Positions 10,626 through 22,508 of a stretch of 64,000 bases of DNA are shown in pieces. The DNA lies in NCBI RefSeq assembly GCF_902713615.1, contig NW_024055497.1:1520420-1584419 (forward strand), read 5' to 3'. Each line of letters starts with the position of its first letter. The first letter of the stretch is position 1. This DNA comes from Scyliorhinus canicula (lineage: Eukaryota). The notes below the pieces were generated by a model. It saw only the letters and a program-made list of their open reading frames with translations, was not told where the DNA came from and did not search any database. A program made the position numbers and the translations under genes.

Positions 10626-11105
10626 GGGCGGTACGGTGGCACAGTGGTTTACACTGCTGCCTCACAGTACCAGGGACAGGCTAAGGGAGACTGTTTGTAT
10701 GGAGGTTGTGCTTTCTCCCTGTGTCCGTCTGGGTTTCAACTGGATGCTGCGGTATCTTCTCACAAAGATGTGCCGGTCAGATGGATTGGCAACGCTAATT
10801 GCCCCTTAGTGTCCAAAGGTTAGGTGGGGTTATGGGGATAAGGCGGGGAGTGGGCCTCGATAGAGTGCTCTTTCAGAGGGTCAGTGCAGACTCGATGGAC
10901 CGAATGGTGTCTTTCTGCACTGTAGGTCTTTTGAATACTGACTCACCGAACAGCATGATGACTATTATCTTAAAGAACCACCAGCCTCCCGTACCAGCCT
11001 CCCCGAACAGGCGCTGGAAAGTGGCGACTAGGGGCTTTTCACAGTAACTTCATTTGAAGCCTACTTGTGACAATAAGCGATTTTCATTTCATTTTCATTT
11101 CATTT
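10626..11105 (+). mobile_element. Two adjacent tRNA-derived SINEs (about 10626-10925 and 10950-11105)
   Basis: gggcggtacggtggcacagtgg head and family-typical bodies and tails. Confidence 0.75.
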
Positions 11106-12541
11106 CACAGAGGACATGCTGTCTTGTGGTGAGTTACAGAAAATAATTGAATTTAAATGGACTTTGGACCTTCTGATATGAAAGAGTCAATCCAAATCAG
11201 GAACAGATCTCACTGATTGGGTGACTGAGGGGCATATCCAAGGGAGAAAGTTGTTAAAAGACCAGCTCTCTGATAACTGCACTTTCGGAATCACCCCGGC
11301 AAATGTTTGTACGGCGCTGAATGGTCTTCAGTTCACTGTGTGTCCACTGCACATAAGTAGGTGGCAGTGTCTGTCTAGATGCTCCCACATGGGAAACAAC
11401 CTCTCAGCGACTATCCTTCGAAGGTCCCTGAGAATCTTTCATGTCTCCATTAGGCCGCCTTCATTCTTCTAAACGCCCATAAGTCCAGCCCAGCCTCCTT
11501 AACCTCTCCCCATAAGAAAATCCCTCCATACTCGGGATCGACCTCCTGATCCTTCTCTGGACTGCCTTCAAAACCAATCTGTCTTCCTTAGATAAGGGCA
11601 GCAAAACTATTCAAAGTATACCAGGTGTAGTCTAACTAACGCCTTGTATAGTTTTAGCCAGACGTCCCCATGTTTATATTCTATTCCCTTTTAAATAAAT
11701 ATCAACATTCAATTTGTCTCCATATTACCTGCAGAACCTGTGTTGTGTGGTTTCAGCACGAGGACCCCCAATTCCCCCGTTACCTCAGCTTTCTGCAGTC
11801 TTTCTCCGTCTAAATAATATTCCGTTATGTTCTTCCTCCTCCCGAAGTGTCTAACCTAACATTTACGAACATTATGTTCCATCTGCCAAGCTTTTACTCA
11901 GTAACTCACGCTGTCTCTGTCCCTCTGTAACCTCACCACTTGCCTTTATATTTTTGTATCTGCAGCCGTGGGAATAGTACATTCACTTGTTAAACACAGT
12001 TTTGAAATTCATGTAGATTACATCAACTGGTCCCCCCTCTCTCTACTCTTCTCGTTATTACCTCAAAGAATTGCAATAAATTTGTCAGGCATGATTTACC
12101 CTTCACGGAGCCGTGCAGACCCTGCTTGATTATACTCTGTTTGTCTAAATGCTCAGCTACTGAGGTCACTGGCCGATAGTTACCTGTGTTTGACACCCTC
12201 CCTTTCGAATAAAGGTGTTACATTGGTAGTTTTCCAATCCTCTTGGGGTAAGGTGGGAGGAGCCTGGTGTGGAGTTTATACACCAGCACAGAACAGTTGG
12301 GCCGAATGGCCTGTTTCCCTGCTGTACACTTTCTGAAACTTTCGAATCCATAATCCGTAAATTCTCAGGGAAAAGGATTGTGTCCACCTCTGCTCCGAGC
12401 TGGGAAACCGGACAGATCCCAAAGTGGAAAATGGAAACCTTTAAAATCCAACACAAAACACATTTCTCCCACATCTAACCCGCGGTGCCATTGTCTCCGG
12501 AATTCCCCATTTTATTGACATTTATTGTGCATTTTCTGCAG

Positions 12542-12933
12542 ATCCCAAACCGCGGGAACCGTCCGTCTCTGTCCTCCTGCCCTCAGCTGAAGACGTCTCC
12601 GCTCAGAGATTCGTCTCCCTCAGCTGCTTAGTGAGAGGTTTCTCCCCCCGAGAGATCTTCGTCAAGTGGACCGTCAATGACAAGCCGGTGAATCCCGGGA
12701 ACTACAAGAACACCGAGGTGATGGCGGAGAACGGCAATAGCTCCTTCTTCATGTACAGCCTGTTATCCATTGCAGCGGAGGAGTGGGCCAGCGGCGCTTC
12801 TTACTCCTGTGTGGTGGGACATGAAGCCATCCCCTTGAAGATCATCAACAGAACGGTTGATAAATCCAGCGGTAAACCCAGTTTTGTGAACATTTCCCTC
12901 GCTCTGATGGACACCGTTAATTTATGTCAATGA
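12542..12933 (+). CDS. IGHM: Ig heavy chain mu-type terminal constant exon (Cmu4, 12542-12871) with secretory tailpiece (to stop 12933)
   Basis: Acceptor ttttctgcag. (D)[13 protein letters not shown]...[16 protein letters not shown]...[23 protein letters not shown]-g|[26 protein letters not shown]. From recall this closely matches horn shark IgM Cmu4 and tail, including the N-glycan site and penultimate Cys. Confidence 0.88.
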
Positions 12934-12956
12934 GAATCTATTGCATTTCGAACTAA

Positions 12957-12962
12957 AATAAA
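12957..12962 (+). terminator. Poly(A) signal of the secreted form
   Basis: AATAAA 24 nt after the tailpiece stop. Confidence 0.7.
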
Positions 12963-13398
12963 AATCATAAAGGTTTTTTCCTCCAATTGTGATTTAAATA
13001 CACATCCGCTTAATTAATGGAGCTTCCATTTTGCTGATATTAGATCTGTTCAATGAGACCCGGATTTCTGCAGGTCTCGGCCCCAAGTCTGATACAACCA
13101 GTGGTCCCAGCTCAGATACACCCTGGGTTAGAGACAGAGTAAAACTCATTAATTCCAGGATTCAGCAAAATATCTTCATTGACTTTCCTCCCGCTGAGGA
13201 GAAATCGGACAATTCCCCATTTCAGACGAACAAACCCATCACATTTAGATCTCGGTGTTCCTGCTTCTCTCATTGTCCATCCCTTTAAAATTAATGTCAG
13301 CTTTAAGTTGCTGGATCAGACCCACTGGGAACTGGATTGAGGGTCACACAGAATCATGGACCAACAATGCCCAGTCAAAGAGAGGGGGAAGTGAAATT

Positions 13399-14210
13399 GT
13401 TAATCCACTGTACCCCACTTCCCCAACAGAGAGGGGGAGGGGCATTAGTTAATCCACTGTACCCCCACTTCACCAACAAAGAGGGGGAGGGGCTTTAGTT
13501 AATCCACTGTACCCCCACTTCCACAATAGAGAGAGGGGGAGGGGCATTAGTTAATGCACCATACCCTCACTTCACCAATAGAGAGAGGGGCAGGGGAATT
13601 AGTTAATCCACCGTATCCCCACTTCCACAATAGAGAGAGGGGGAGGGGCTTTAGTTAATGCACCATACCCTCACTTCACCAATAGAGAGAGGGGCAGGGG
13701 CATTAGTTAATCCACTGGACCCCCACTTCACCAACAGAGAGAGGGGGAGGGGCATTAGTTAATCCACCGTAACCCAATTCCACAACAAAGAGGGGGAGGG
13801 GCATTACTTAATGCACTGTACCCCCACTTCCCCAACAGGGAGAGGGGGAGGGGCTTTAGTTAACACACTGTACCCCCACTTCCCCAACAGGGAGAGGGGG
13901 AGGGGCTTTAGTTAACACACTGTACCCCTACTTCCCCAACAGGGAGAGGGGGAGGGGCATTAGTTAATCCACTGTACCCCCACTTCCCCAGCAAAGAGAG
14001 GGGGAGGGGCATTAGTTAACACACTGTACCCCACTTCACCAACAAAGAATCGGTGGGGGCCTGAGTTAATCCACTGTACACCCGCTTCCAACAATGAGAT
14101 GGGGATGGCCATTATTTAATCCACTGGACCCACACTTCCCCAACAAAGAGAGCAAAGGGGCAATACTAACCCACTTTACCTCCACTATCCCGACCAAAAG
14201 AGGAGGACGG
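13399..14210. repeat. Minisatellite, about 15-16 copies of a 49-52-bp unit
   Basis: Unit gttaatccactgtacccccacttccccaacagagagggggaggggcatta; starts at 13399, 13448, 13498, 13550, 13602, 13654, 13706, 13758 and onward. Confidence 0.95.
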
Positions 14211-14579
14211 TGATGATTGAACTCTGTGTATCTCCACCTCCAGCAGGGAGAACCCAAAGGCAATTTGCTGAGCTGACCAGAGAGAGGGAGATTATTAACT
14301 CAATATCTTCCCAGTCCCCAAGCAGGGAGTTTGGAAGTAAACGGTTCTCTGGACTAAGAACTCAGTTACTGACATTACAAGACGGTATGTAGCTTACTGG
14401 CTGAAGGGTGTAAAAGACCATCATGATCAAGATGTATTTTTTTAGCCCCCTTGTTCCTCTTATCCGTCTGCTGAGACCGATTCCCCAGAATCCAAATCCA
14501 GACTGGTGATTGAATTCTCCCTGGGTTTCACTGGTCTCTCCTGAGGCACCTCCTTGTATTTTTGCATTAGGTCACCTGA

Positions 14580-15990
14580 TGTCAGCTTGCAACTCACACA
14601 AAACACATTTATAAGCAGCAAGTTCAACATATTCTACATCGGTACCAATAATACCCACAACTGGCTAAGCTACAGGCAGCTGATACAGATACACAGACAG
14701 ATAAACAGACACAGACACTACACATACATGCACACAGACCCACAAACATACACACGCTCAAATGAAGACACAAACACACACATAGACACACACATAGACA
14801 CACATGCATAAACATACACCCAGGCACAACGAATCACACATATTTTGACACAAAAACACACGCAAACGTGGGCACAAATTCACAAACATGCACATAAACA
14901 CAAACAAGCCCACATTTATACAGAGACAGGCACACGAGCACATCCACACATAGTCACACAAATCCACACACACAAGTGGCTATTCAAATGTACACAAACA
15001 GACACATGCAGCCACATGTCCACACAGATACACAAACATATAAAACCAGACAAGCAGGCTGACAGAAGAATATTAAACACAAATGTAACAAATAACATGT
15101 ACATTCGCAGAATTTCACGATGACAGAAATATTTCCATTCAGAGACAGTAATCCACATTAACACACTTATGGACACACGGAGACACATATTAGCAGACTC
15201 GTACACACGCTAACATGAACACATATGAATACTCATAGAGTCATCAATACACATCAATAGAGAGTTATAAACAGCCATCAACGCATAAATAGCACTGCTG
15301 CCTCACAGCACCATAAACCCGGGTTCAATTCCAGCCTTGGGTGACTGTGTGGTGTTCCCACGTTCTCCAGTGTCTGTTCCTGTTTCCTCCGAGTGCTCCG
15401 GTTTCCTCCTACAGTCCAAAGATGTGCAGGTTCGGTGGATTGGCCAGGCTATATTACCGCTTAGTGCCCACAACGTTAGGTGGGGTTACCAGGTTCTGGG
15501 GACAGGGCAGGGGCATGCGTCCAGGCAGAGTGCTCTTTCGGAGGGTCGGTGCAGACACAATGGGCCGAATGGCCTCTTTCGGCACAGTCGGGATTCTACG
15601 ATGATGATTCTATGATGAATTACACGCATCAACAAACACACACACACACAAACGCACTTATCCAGACACAAACATTAAGACAATGACATGCATGTTGAAC
15701 GTATAAAGACACAATAACACTTTCATTACTGGGCAGGGAAGTATAAACTTATTAACACAGACATTAATATATAAACATAGATTTCAACACACAAACACAC
15801 AGAATAAAACACTCATAAAAACATATTGACTTAAGATAAATTTACACAGATGCACAGATCAATACTCATTGACACATGAACACACACAATGACACTTATA
15901 AAGACATCGGGACACACAAATGAAGAGTAAAGAAACACGAATTTCGCATCTACACAGACACAAAAGCTAAAGAACAAACACAGTCGTCAG
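14580..15990. repeat. CA-rich low-complexity region interrupted by a SINE (about 15280-15620, +)
   Basis: Degenerate acacac/agacac runs; HE1-like SINE body. Confidence 0.75.
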
Positions 15991-15994
15991 GCAA

Positions 15995-16362
15995 GGGCAG
16001 CACGGTGACGCAATGGTTAGCACTGCTGCCTCACGATCCCGCTCCTGGGTCTGTGTCCCTGTGGACTTTCCCCGTGACCCGTGGGTCTCACCTCCACAAC
16101 CCAAAGATGTGCAGGGTAGGTGGATTGGCCATGTTAAATTGCCCCTTAATTGGAAGAAAAAAGTTACAGAGATCGATTTCCGAGTGAGAAATGAAAATCA
16201 CATTGTCACGAGTAGGCTTCAATGAAGTTACTGTGAAAAGCCCCTAGTCGCCACATTCCGGCGCCTGTCCGGGGAGGCTGTTACGGGAATCGAACCGTGC
16301 TGCTGGCCTGCTTGGTCTGCTTTAAAAGCCAGTGATTTAGCCGAGTGAGCTAAACCAGCCCC
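15995..16362. mobile_element. Two tail-to-tail SINEs (about 15995-16165 + and 16185-16362 -)
   Basis: Family-typical heads and bodies. Confidence 0.75.
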
Positions 16363-16520
16363 TGGCCCCTGGCCGAGTGGCATGAACTCAACAGTAGATA
16401 TGCAACGACAAATATATTAAAGAATGAATTAGCAGCGGGAGAAAATGAAACGAGAATATTAAAAACAAAACGTGTATTAACTAACAATCTGATTGTATTT
16501 ATTGGGCTCTATCCCCGTAG

Positions 16521-16648
16521 ATACCACAGACCACACCTGGACTGAAGACGATGAGGATGATAACGGGAACATCTGGACAACCATTTCCACATTCATCACC
16601 CTGTTCTTCCTGAGCATTTCCTACAGCGCTGCAGTCACTCTGGTGAAG
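16521..16648 (+). CDS. IGHM: IgM membrane exon TM1
   Basis: Acceptor ccccgtag is phase 1 and in frame with the Cmu4 donor at 12871. DTTDHTWTEDDEDDNGNIWTTISTFITLFFLSISYSAAVTLVK|gtgaga carries the Ig transmembrane (CART) motif. Confidence 0.9.
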
Positions 16649-16786
16649 GTGAGAAGATTCAATCCACTCACACTTCAAACTGACAGAAGTCGTTTAAAAA
16701 CACTAAATGTTTGATTGATTAAAAACTCTAACATCAATGTCCCAGATCATAAACATCTGCTTCATCATTTTCTCTCTCTTTTACAG

Positions 16787-16795
16787 ATCAAGTGA
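16787..16795 (+). CDS. IGHM: IgM membrane exon TM2 (IK-stop)
   Basis: Strong polypyrimidine acceptor tctctctcttttacag|ATC AAG TGA. AATAAA at 17205 and 17240. Confidence 0.7.
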   Translation: MK

Positions 16796-17624
16796 TGGGT
16801 TGACGTTCGGACGCTGTAGATTTTCCTCAGCTGTTTATTATGATCTGTGTGTGACAGAAATACAATATCTCCTCTTGGTGACTCTAACAGTAAAATTCTC
16901 TCAGTTTATTTTTCTGCATCTGTAACTGAGACAATCATGGACAGTATTTCTGCTTTTCAGTTTGAAATGTACGCGAAAATTTTGGCTGTAATGTAATTGT
17001 AACTAATAATTTCTTTCAATGTCATGTCTAAATAAGTAATTTATCTCGTACCTTATTAACAACTGTTGCCTTCCCTTTATGTTGAGCCCCTGTTCTCTCT
17101 TTCTTGTGCCTGTTACAGTTGTACATACATTTGGCAGCTCAGAGGGCATTAGTTCTGTTCTCACTGTGACCCTCAATCGTTATGTTCCCTTTTGTAAACA
17201 TCAAAATAAAGTTTTGTGTAATATTTTTGCTGAAATTTTAATAAATATTGAATGAAAAATGAAAAAATAAGACTAATCTGAACTCCTTTCTCTAGATCCA
17301 TCGACACTGATCCTCTTCCCCGATTATTCAGTTTTCTCCCCTTTCCCAGACAGATATTTCTCACCAGTCCTGTCTGGGATGTGTCTGAACTCAAGGCCCC
17401 TCAGTGAAAGAGCCACTGCGCCACCAAGCGGCCCATCCGGATTACGACACCTTCACCTTTGTCTTTTTATGGTAAACACCAGAGACAGATGATTTCACAG
17501 CTGAAGAATTCCACTGATTCACTCCGCTCTAATGGAAGAATGTCTCCTCACCTCTGTCCTAAATTTGAGACTCCTTAATCTTAGATTATGCCCTCTGGTC
17601 CTAGACTCTCCCACAAGAGGAAAC

Positions 17625-17790
17625 AAGATGATTTTTCAGGCTATGTACATGGTTATAGCTCTTTCCACAGTCAGTTCACTGGAACACTCTCACTCGGGGG
17701 TGGGGGGGGGGGGGGGTTGTCTAGGGGCTTTTACAGTCACACTGATGTTTGAAATCTCTTCCCACAGTCAAAACAGACAAACACATTGAC
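17625..17790 (-). pseudogene. C2H2-ZNF 5' relic (decayed-finger leader only)
   Basis: Reverse complement matches the leader at 28707-28900 and 56525-56640 (aaacatcagtgtgact...gagtgagagtgttccagtgaactgactgtggaaagagc). Confidence 0.65.
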
Positions 17791-18567
17791 AGTATGTACC
17801 TGTTAGGCAGGGAGGAAATGGTCGAGTGAGGGAAACATCGGTTACTAAAGCAGTTGAAACACTTGTCAAGAGGAAGAAGGAGGCTTATGTGAAGATGAGA
17901 TGTGATGGTTCAGTTGGGTCGCTTGAGAGTTACAAGTTAGCTAGGAAGGCTCTAAAGAGAGAGCTAAGAAGAGCCAAGCGAGGACATGAGAAGTCTTTGG
18001 CAGGTAGGGTCAAGGATAACCCTAAAGCTTTCTATGGGTATGTCAAGAATAAAAGAATGACTAAGGTAAGAGTAGGGCCAGTCAAGGACAGCAGTGGGAA
18101 GTTGTGCGTAGAGTTCGAGGAGATAGGGGAGGTGCTAAATGAGTATTCTTCCTCAGTATTCACACAGGAAAAAGACAAAGTTGTCGAGGAGAATACTGAG
18201 ATACAGGCGACTGGACTAGAAGGGCTTGAGGTTCATAAGGAGGAGGTGTTAGCAATTCTGGAAAGTGTAAAAATAGATAAGTCCCCTGGGATGGATGGGA
18301 TTTATCCTAGGATTCTCTGGGAAGCTAGGGAGGAGATTGCTGAGCCTTTGGCTTTGATCTTCAAGTCATGTTGTCTACAGGAATAATGCCAGAGGACTGG
18401 AGGATAGCAAATGGTGTCCCCTTGTACAAGAAGGGGAGTAGAGATAACCCCGGTAACTATAGACCAGTGAGCTTTACTTCTGTTGTGGGAAAAGTCTTGG
18501 AAAGGTTTATAAGAGATAGGATGCATAATCATCTGGAAAGGAATAATTTGATTAGAGATAGTCAACA

Positions 18568-21500
18568 CTCAGAATTTAAACTTCTGAGTTGGGGGGAAGG
18601 GAAAGTGAAAGCGACAGGGAGCAGGGAGTTAAATGGCAAGATACGCAGGAGGATAACATGTAGGCAGGTGGATTTAAGCTTGAGGCAGACTAGGAATGCA
18701 ACAAAAAGGAAGGATAACTTTGGACATCTTAGGACTTCCAATATCTGTACTGATAAGAAAGTTAACATTAAGGCACTTTACCTGAATGCTCGTAGCATTT
18801 GTAACAAAGTAGATGAACTAATGGCACAGATCATCGTGAATGATTATGATGTGGTAGGCATCACAGAGACATGGCTGCAGGGGGTTCAGGACTGGCAGTT
18901 AAACATCCAAGGATATACAACCTATCGAAAAGACAGGGAGGTGGGCCGAGGGGGTGGGGTTGCCTTGTTAGTTAAGAACAAAATTAAATCTATGGCACTA
19001 AACGACATAGGGTCGGATGATGTGGAGTCTGTGTGGGTAGAATTGAGGAACCACAAAGGCAAAAAAACCATAATGGGAGTTATGTACAGACCGCCTAACA
19101 GTGGTCAGGACCAGAGGCGCAACATGTACCGGGAAATAGAAAAGGCATGTCAGAAAGGCAAGGTCACAGTGATCATGGGGGACTTCAATATGCAGGTGGA
19201 TTGGGTAAATAATGTAGCCAGTGGATCCAAAGAAAAGGAATTCATGGAATGCTTACAAGATGGCTTTTTGGAACAGCTTGTCATGGAGCCCACAAGGGAG
19301 CAGGCTATTCTGGACCTAGTGCTATGTAATGAACCAGACTTTATTAAAGATCTTAAAGTAAGGGAACACTTAGGAAGCAGCGATCATAATATGGTTGAGT
19401 TCAGTCTGCAGTTTGAAAGAGAGAAGGCAAAATCGGATGTAATGGTGTTACAGTTAAATAAAGGTAATTACGAGGGCATGAGAGAGGAACTGGTGAAAAT
19501 CAACTGGAAGCAGACCCTAGCAGGGAAGACAGTAGAGCAAAAATGGCAGGAGTTTGTATGCATAATTGAGGACACTGTACAGAGGTTCATCCCCAAGAAA
19601 AGAAAGATTATCCAGGGAGGGATTAGACAGCCATGGCTGACAAAGGAGGTCAGGAAATGTATCAAAGAAAAAGAGAGATCCTATAAAGTGGCCAAAAGCA
19701 CCGGGAAATCAGAAGATTGGGAAGGCTACAAAAACAAACAGAGGTTAACAAAGAGACAAATAAGGAAGGAGAGGATCAAATATGAAGGCAGGCTAGCCAG
19801 TAATATAAGAAATGATAGTAAAAGTTTCTTTCAATACATAAGAAACAAACGTCAGGCCAAAGTAGACATTGGGCCAATTCAAACTGATTCTGGAAGGCTA
19901 GTGATGGGAGATGAGGAAATGGCTGGAGAACTTAATAAGTACTTTGCGTCTGTCTTCACAGTGGAAGACGTTAGTAATATCCCAAAAATTATAAAGGGTC
20001 AGGGGGCTGAGTTGAGTATGGTTGCCATTACAAAAGAGATGGTGCTAAAAAAGCTAAAAGGTCTTAAAATTGACAAATCTCCTGGCCCCGATGGGCTACA
20101 TCCTAGAGTTCTGAGGGAGGTGGCTGAAGAAATAGCGGAAGCGTTGGTTGAGATCTTTCAAAAATCACTGGAGTCAGGGAAAGTCCCGGACGATTGGAAG
20201 ATCGCTGTTGTAACCCCCTTGTTCAAGAAAGGATCAAGACAAAAGATGGAAAATTATAGGCCAATTAGCCTAACCTCGGTTGTTGGTAAAATTCTAGAAT
20301 CGATCGTTAAGGATGAGATTTCTAAATTCTTGGAAGAGCAGGGTCGGATTAGACCAAGTCAACATGGATTTAGTAAGGGGAGGTCGTGCCTGACGAACCT
20401 GTTAGAATTCTTTGAGGAGGTGACAAGTAGGTTAGACCAGGGAAACCCAGTGGATGTGGTCTATCTGGATTTCCAAAAGGCCTTTGATAAGGTGCCACAC
20501 AGGAGGCTGCTGAGTAAGGTGAGGGCCCATGGTGTTCGAGGTGAGCTACTGGCATGGGTTGAGGATTGGCTGTCTGACAGAAGGCAGAGAGTTGGGATAA
20601 AAGGTTCTTTTTCGGAATGGCAGCCGGTGACCAGCGGTGTCCCACAGGGTTCAGTGTTGGGGCCGCAGCTGTTCACCATATATATTAATGATCTGGATGA
20701 AGGGACTGGGGGCATTCTAGCGAAGTTTGCTGATGATACGAAGTTAGGTGGTCAGGCAGGTAGTGCTGAGGAAGTGGGGAGGCTGCAGAAGGATCTAGAC
20801 AGTTTGGGAGAGTGGTGCAGGAAATGGCTGATGCATTTCAACGTGAGAAAATGTGAGGTCTTGCACTTTGGAAAAAAGAATCCAAGCATAGACTACTTTC
20901 TAAACGGTGAGAAAATTCATAATGCCAAAGTACAAAGGGATCTGGGAGTGCTAGTCGAGGATTCCCTAAAGGTAAACATGCAGGTTGAATCCGTGATTAA
21001 GAAAGCAAATGCTATGTTGTCATTTATCTCAAGAGGGTTGGAATATAAAAGCAGCGATGTGCTACTGAGCCTTTATAAGGCTCTGGTTAGGCCCCATTTG
21101 GAGTACTGTGTCCAGTTTTGGGCCCCACATCTCAGGAAGGACATACTGGCACTGGAGCGTGTCCAGCGGAGATTCACACGGATGATCCCTGGAATGGCGG
21201 GTCTAGCATATGAGGAACGGCTGGCGTTCCTGGGATTGTATTCATTGGAGTTCAGAAGGTTAAGGGGAGATCTAATAGAAACTTACAAGATAATACATGG
21301 CTTAGAAAGGATGGACGCAAAGAAACTGTTTCCGTTAGGCGAGGAGTCGAGGACCCGTGGGCACAGCCTTAGAATTAGAGGGGGTAAATTCAAAACAGAA
21401 ATGCGGAGACATTTCTTCAGCCAGAGAGTGGTGGGCCTGTGGAATTCATTGCCGCAGAGTGCAGTGGAGGCCGGGACGCTAAATGGCTTCAAGGCAGAGA

Positions 21501-21656
21501 TAGATAAATTCTTGATGTCGCGAGGAATTAAGGGCTATGGGGAGAATGCTGGGAGGTGGAGTTGAAATGCCCATCAGCCATGATTGAATGGCGGAGTGGA
21601 CTCGATGGGCCGAATGGCCTTACTTCCACTCCTATGTCTTATGTCTTATGGTCTTA
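18568..21656 (+). mobile_element. Inner CR1 LINE with uninterrupted ORF2 (APE endonuclease plus RT, about 18770-21565)
   Basis: YLNARSI...GITETWL, GDFN, SDHN; RT motifs [26 protein letters not shown]. (tatgtct)n tail; no TSD seen. Confidence 0.92.
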
Positions 21657-22508
21657 TGGTTTTGTGAAGGGTAGGTCGTGCCTCACAAACCTTATTGAGT
21701 TCTTCGAGAAGGTGACCAAACAGGTGGATGAGGGTAAAGCAGTTGATGTGGTGTATATGGATTTCAGTAAAGCGTTTGATAAGGTTCCCCACGGTAGGCT
21801 ATTGCAGAAAATACAGAGGCATGGGATTCAGGGTGATTTAGCAGTTTGGATCAGAAATTGGCTCGCTGATAGAAGACAAAGAGTGGTGGTTGATGGGAAA
21901 TGCTCTGACAGGTGTCCAGTTACTAGTGGTGTGCCACAAGGATCTGTTTTGGGGCCGTTGCTATTTGTCATTTTTATAAATGACCTGGAGGAGGGCGTTG
22001 AAGGATGGGTGAGTAAATTTGCAGATGACACTAAAGTCGGTGGAGTTGTGGACAGTGCAGAAGGATGTTACAAGTTACAGAGGGACATAGATAAGCTGCA
22101 GAGCTGGGCTGACAGGTGGCAAATGGAGTTTAATGCAGAAAAGTGTGAGGTGATTCATTTTGGAAGGAATAACAGGAAGGCAGAGTACTGGGATAACGGT
22201 AAGATTCTTGGTAGTGTGGACGTGCAGAGAGATCTCGGTGTCCATGTCCATAGATCCCTGAAAGTTGCCACCCAGGTTGAGAGGGTTGTTAAGAAGGTGT
22301 ACGGTGTGTTAGCTTTTATTGGTAGAGGAATTGAGTTTCGGAGCCATGAGGTCATGTTGCAGTTGTACAAAACTCTGGTGCGGCCGCATTTGGAGTATTG
22401 TGTGAAGTTCTGGTCGCCACATTATAGGAAGGATGTGGAATCATTGGAAAGGGTACAGAGGCGATTTACAAGAATGTTGCCTGGTATGGAGGGAAGATCA
22501 TATGAGGA

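Noticed and set aside
10161-10823. 220-aa ORF and mirrored ORFs around 10.1-10.3 kb
   Set aside because: They run through a palindrome, CR1 debris and a SINE, with no protein-family signal.
5165-12541. D or J segments that would link the TCR V genes to Cmu4
   Set aside because: No FGxG/WGxG exon with a 12-RSS and splice donor, and no RSS-flanked D, was found by eye on either strand.
13399-14210. CRISPR-like array or class-switch region (also 36525-36782)
   Set aside because: Units are contiguous with no unique spacers and the DNA is eukaryotic. The array lies 3' of the constant exon and lacks dense AGCT/WGCW motifs.
16961-16996. Alternative TM2 exon at ttttcag|tttgaaatgtac
   Set aside because: It would encode FEMYAKILAVM rather than a two-residue tail; the 16787 acceptor fits better.
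18368-21565. 1,065-aa ORF as a single host gene
   Set aside because: It is an accidental in-frame fusion of two nested CR1 elements.
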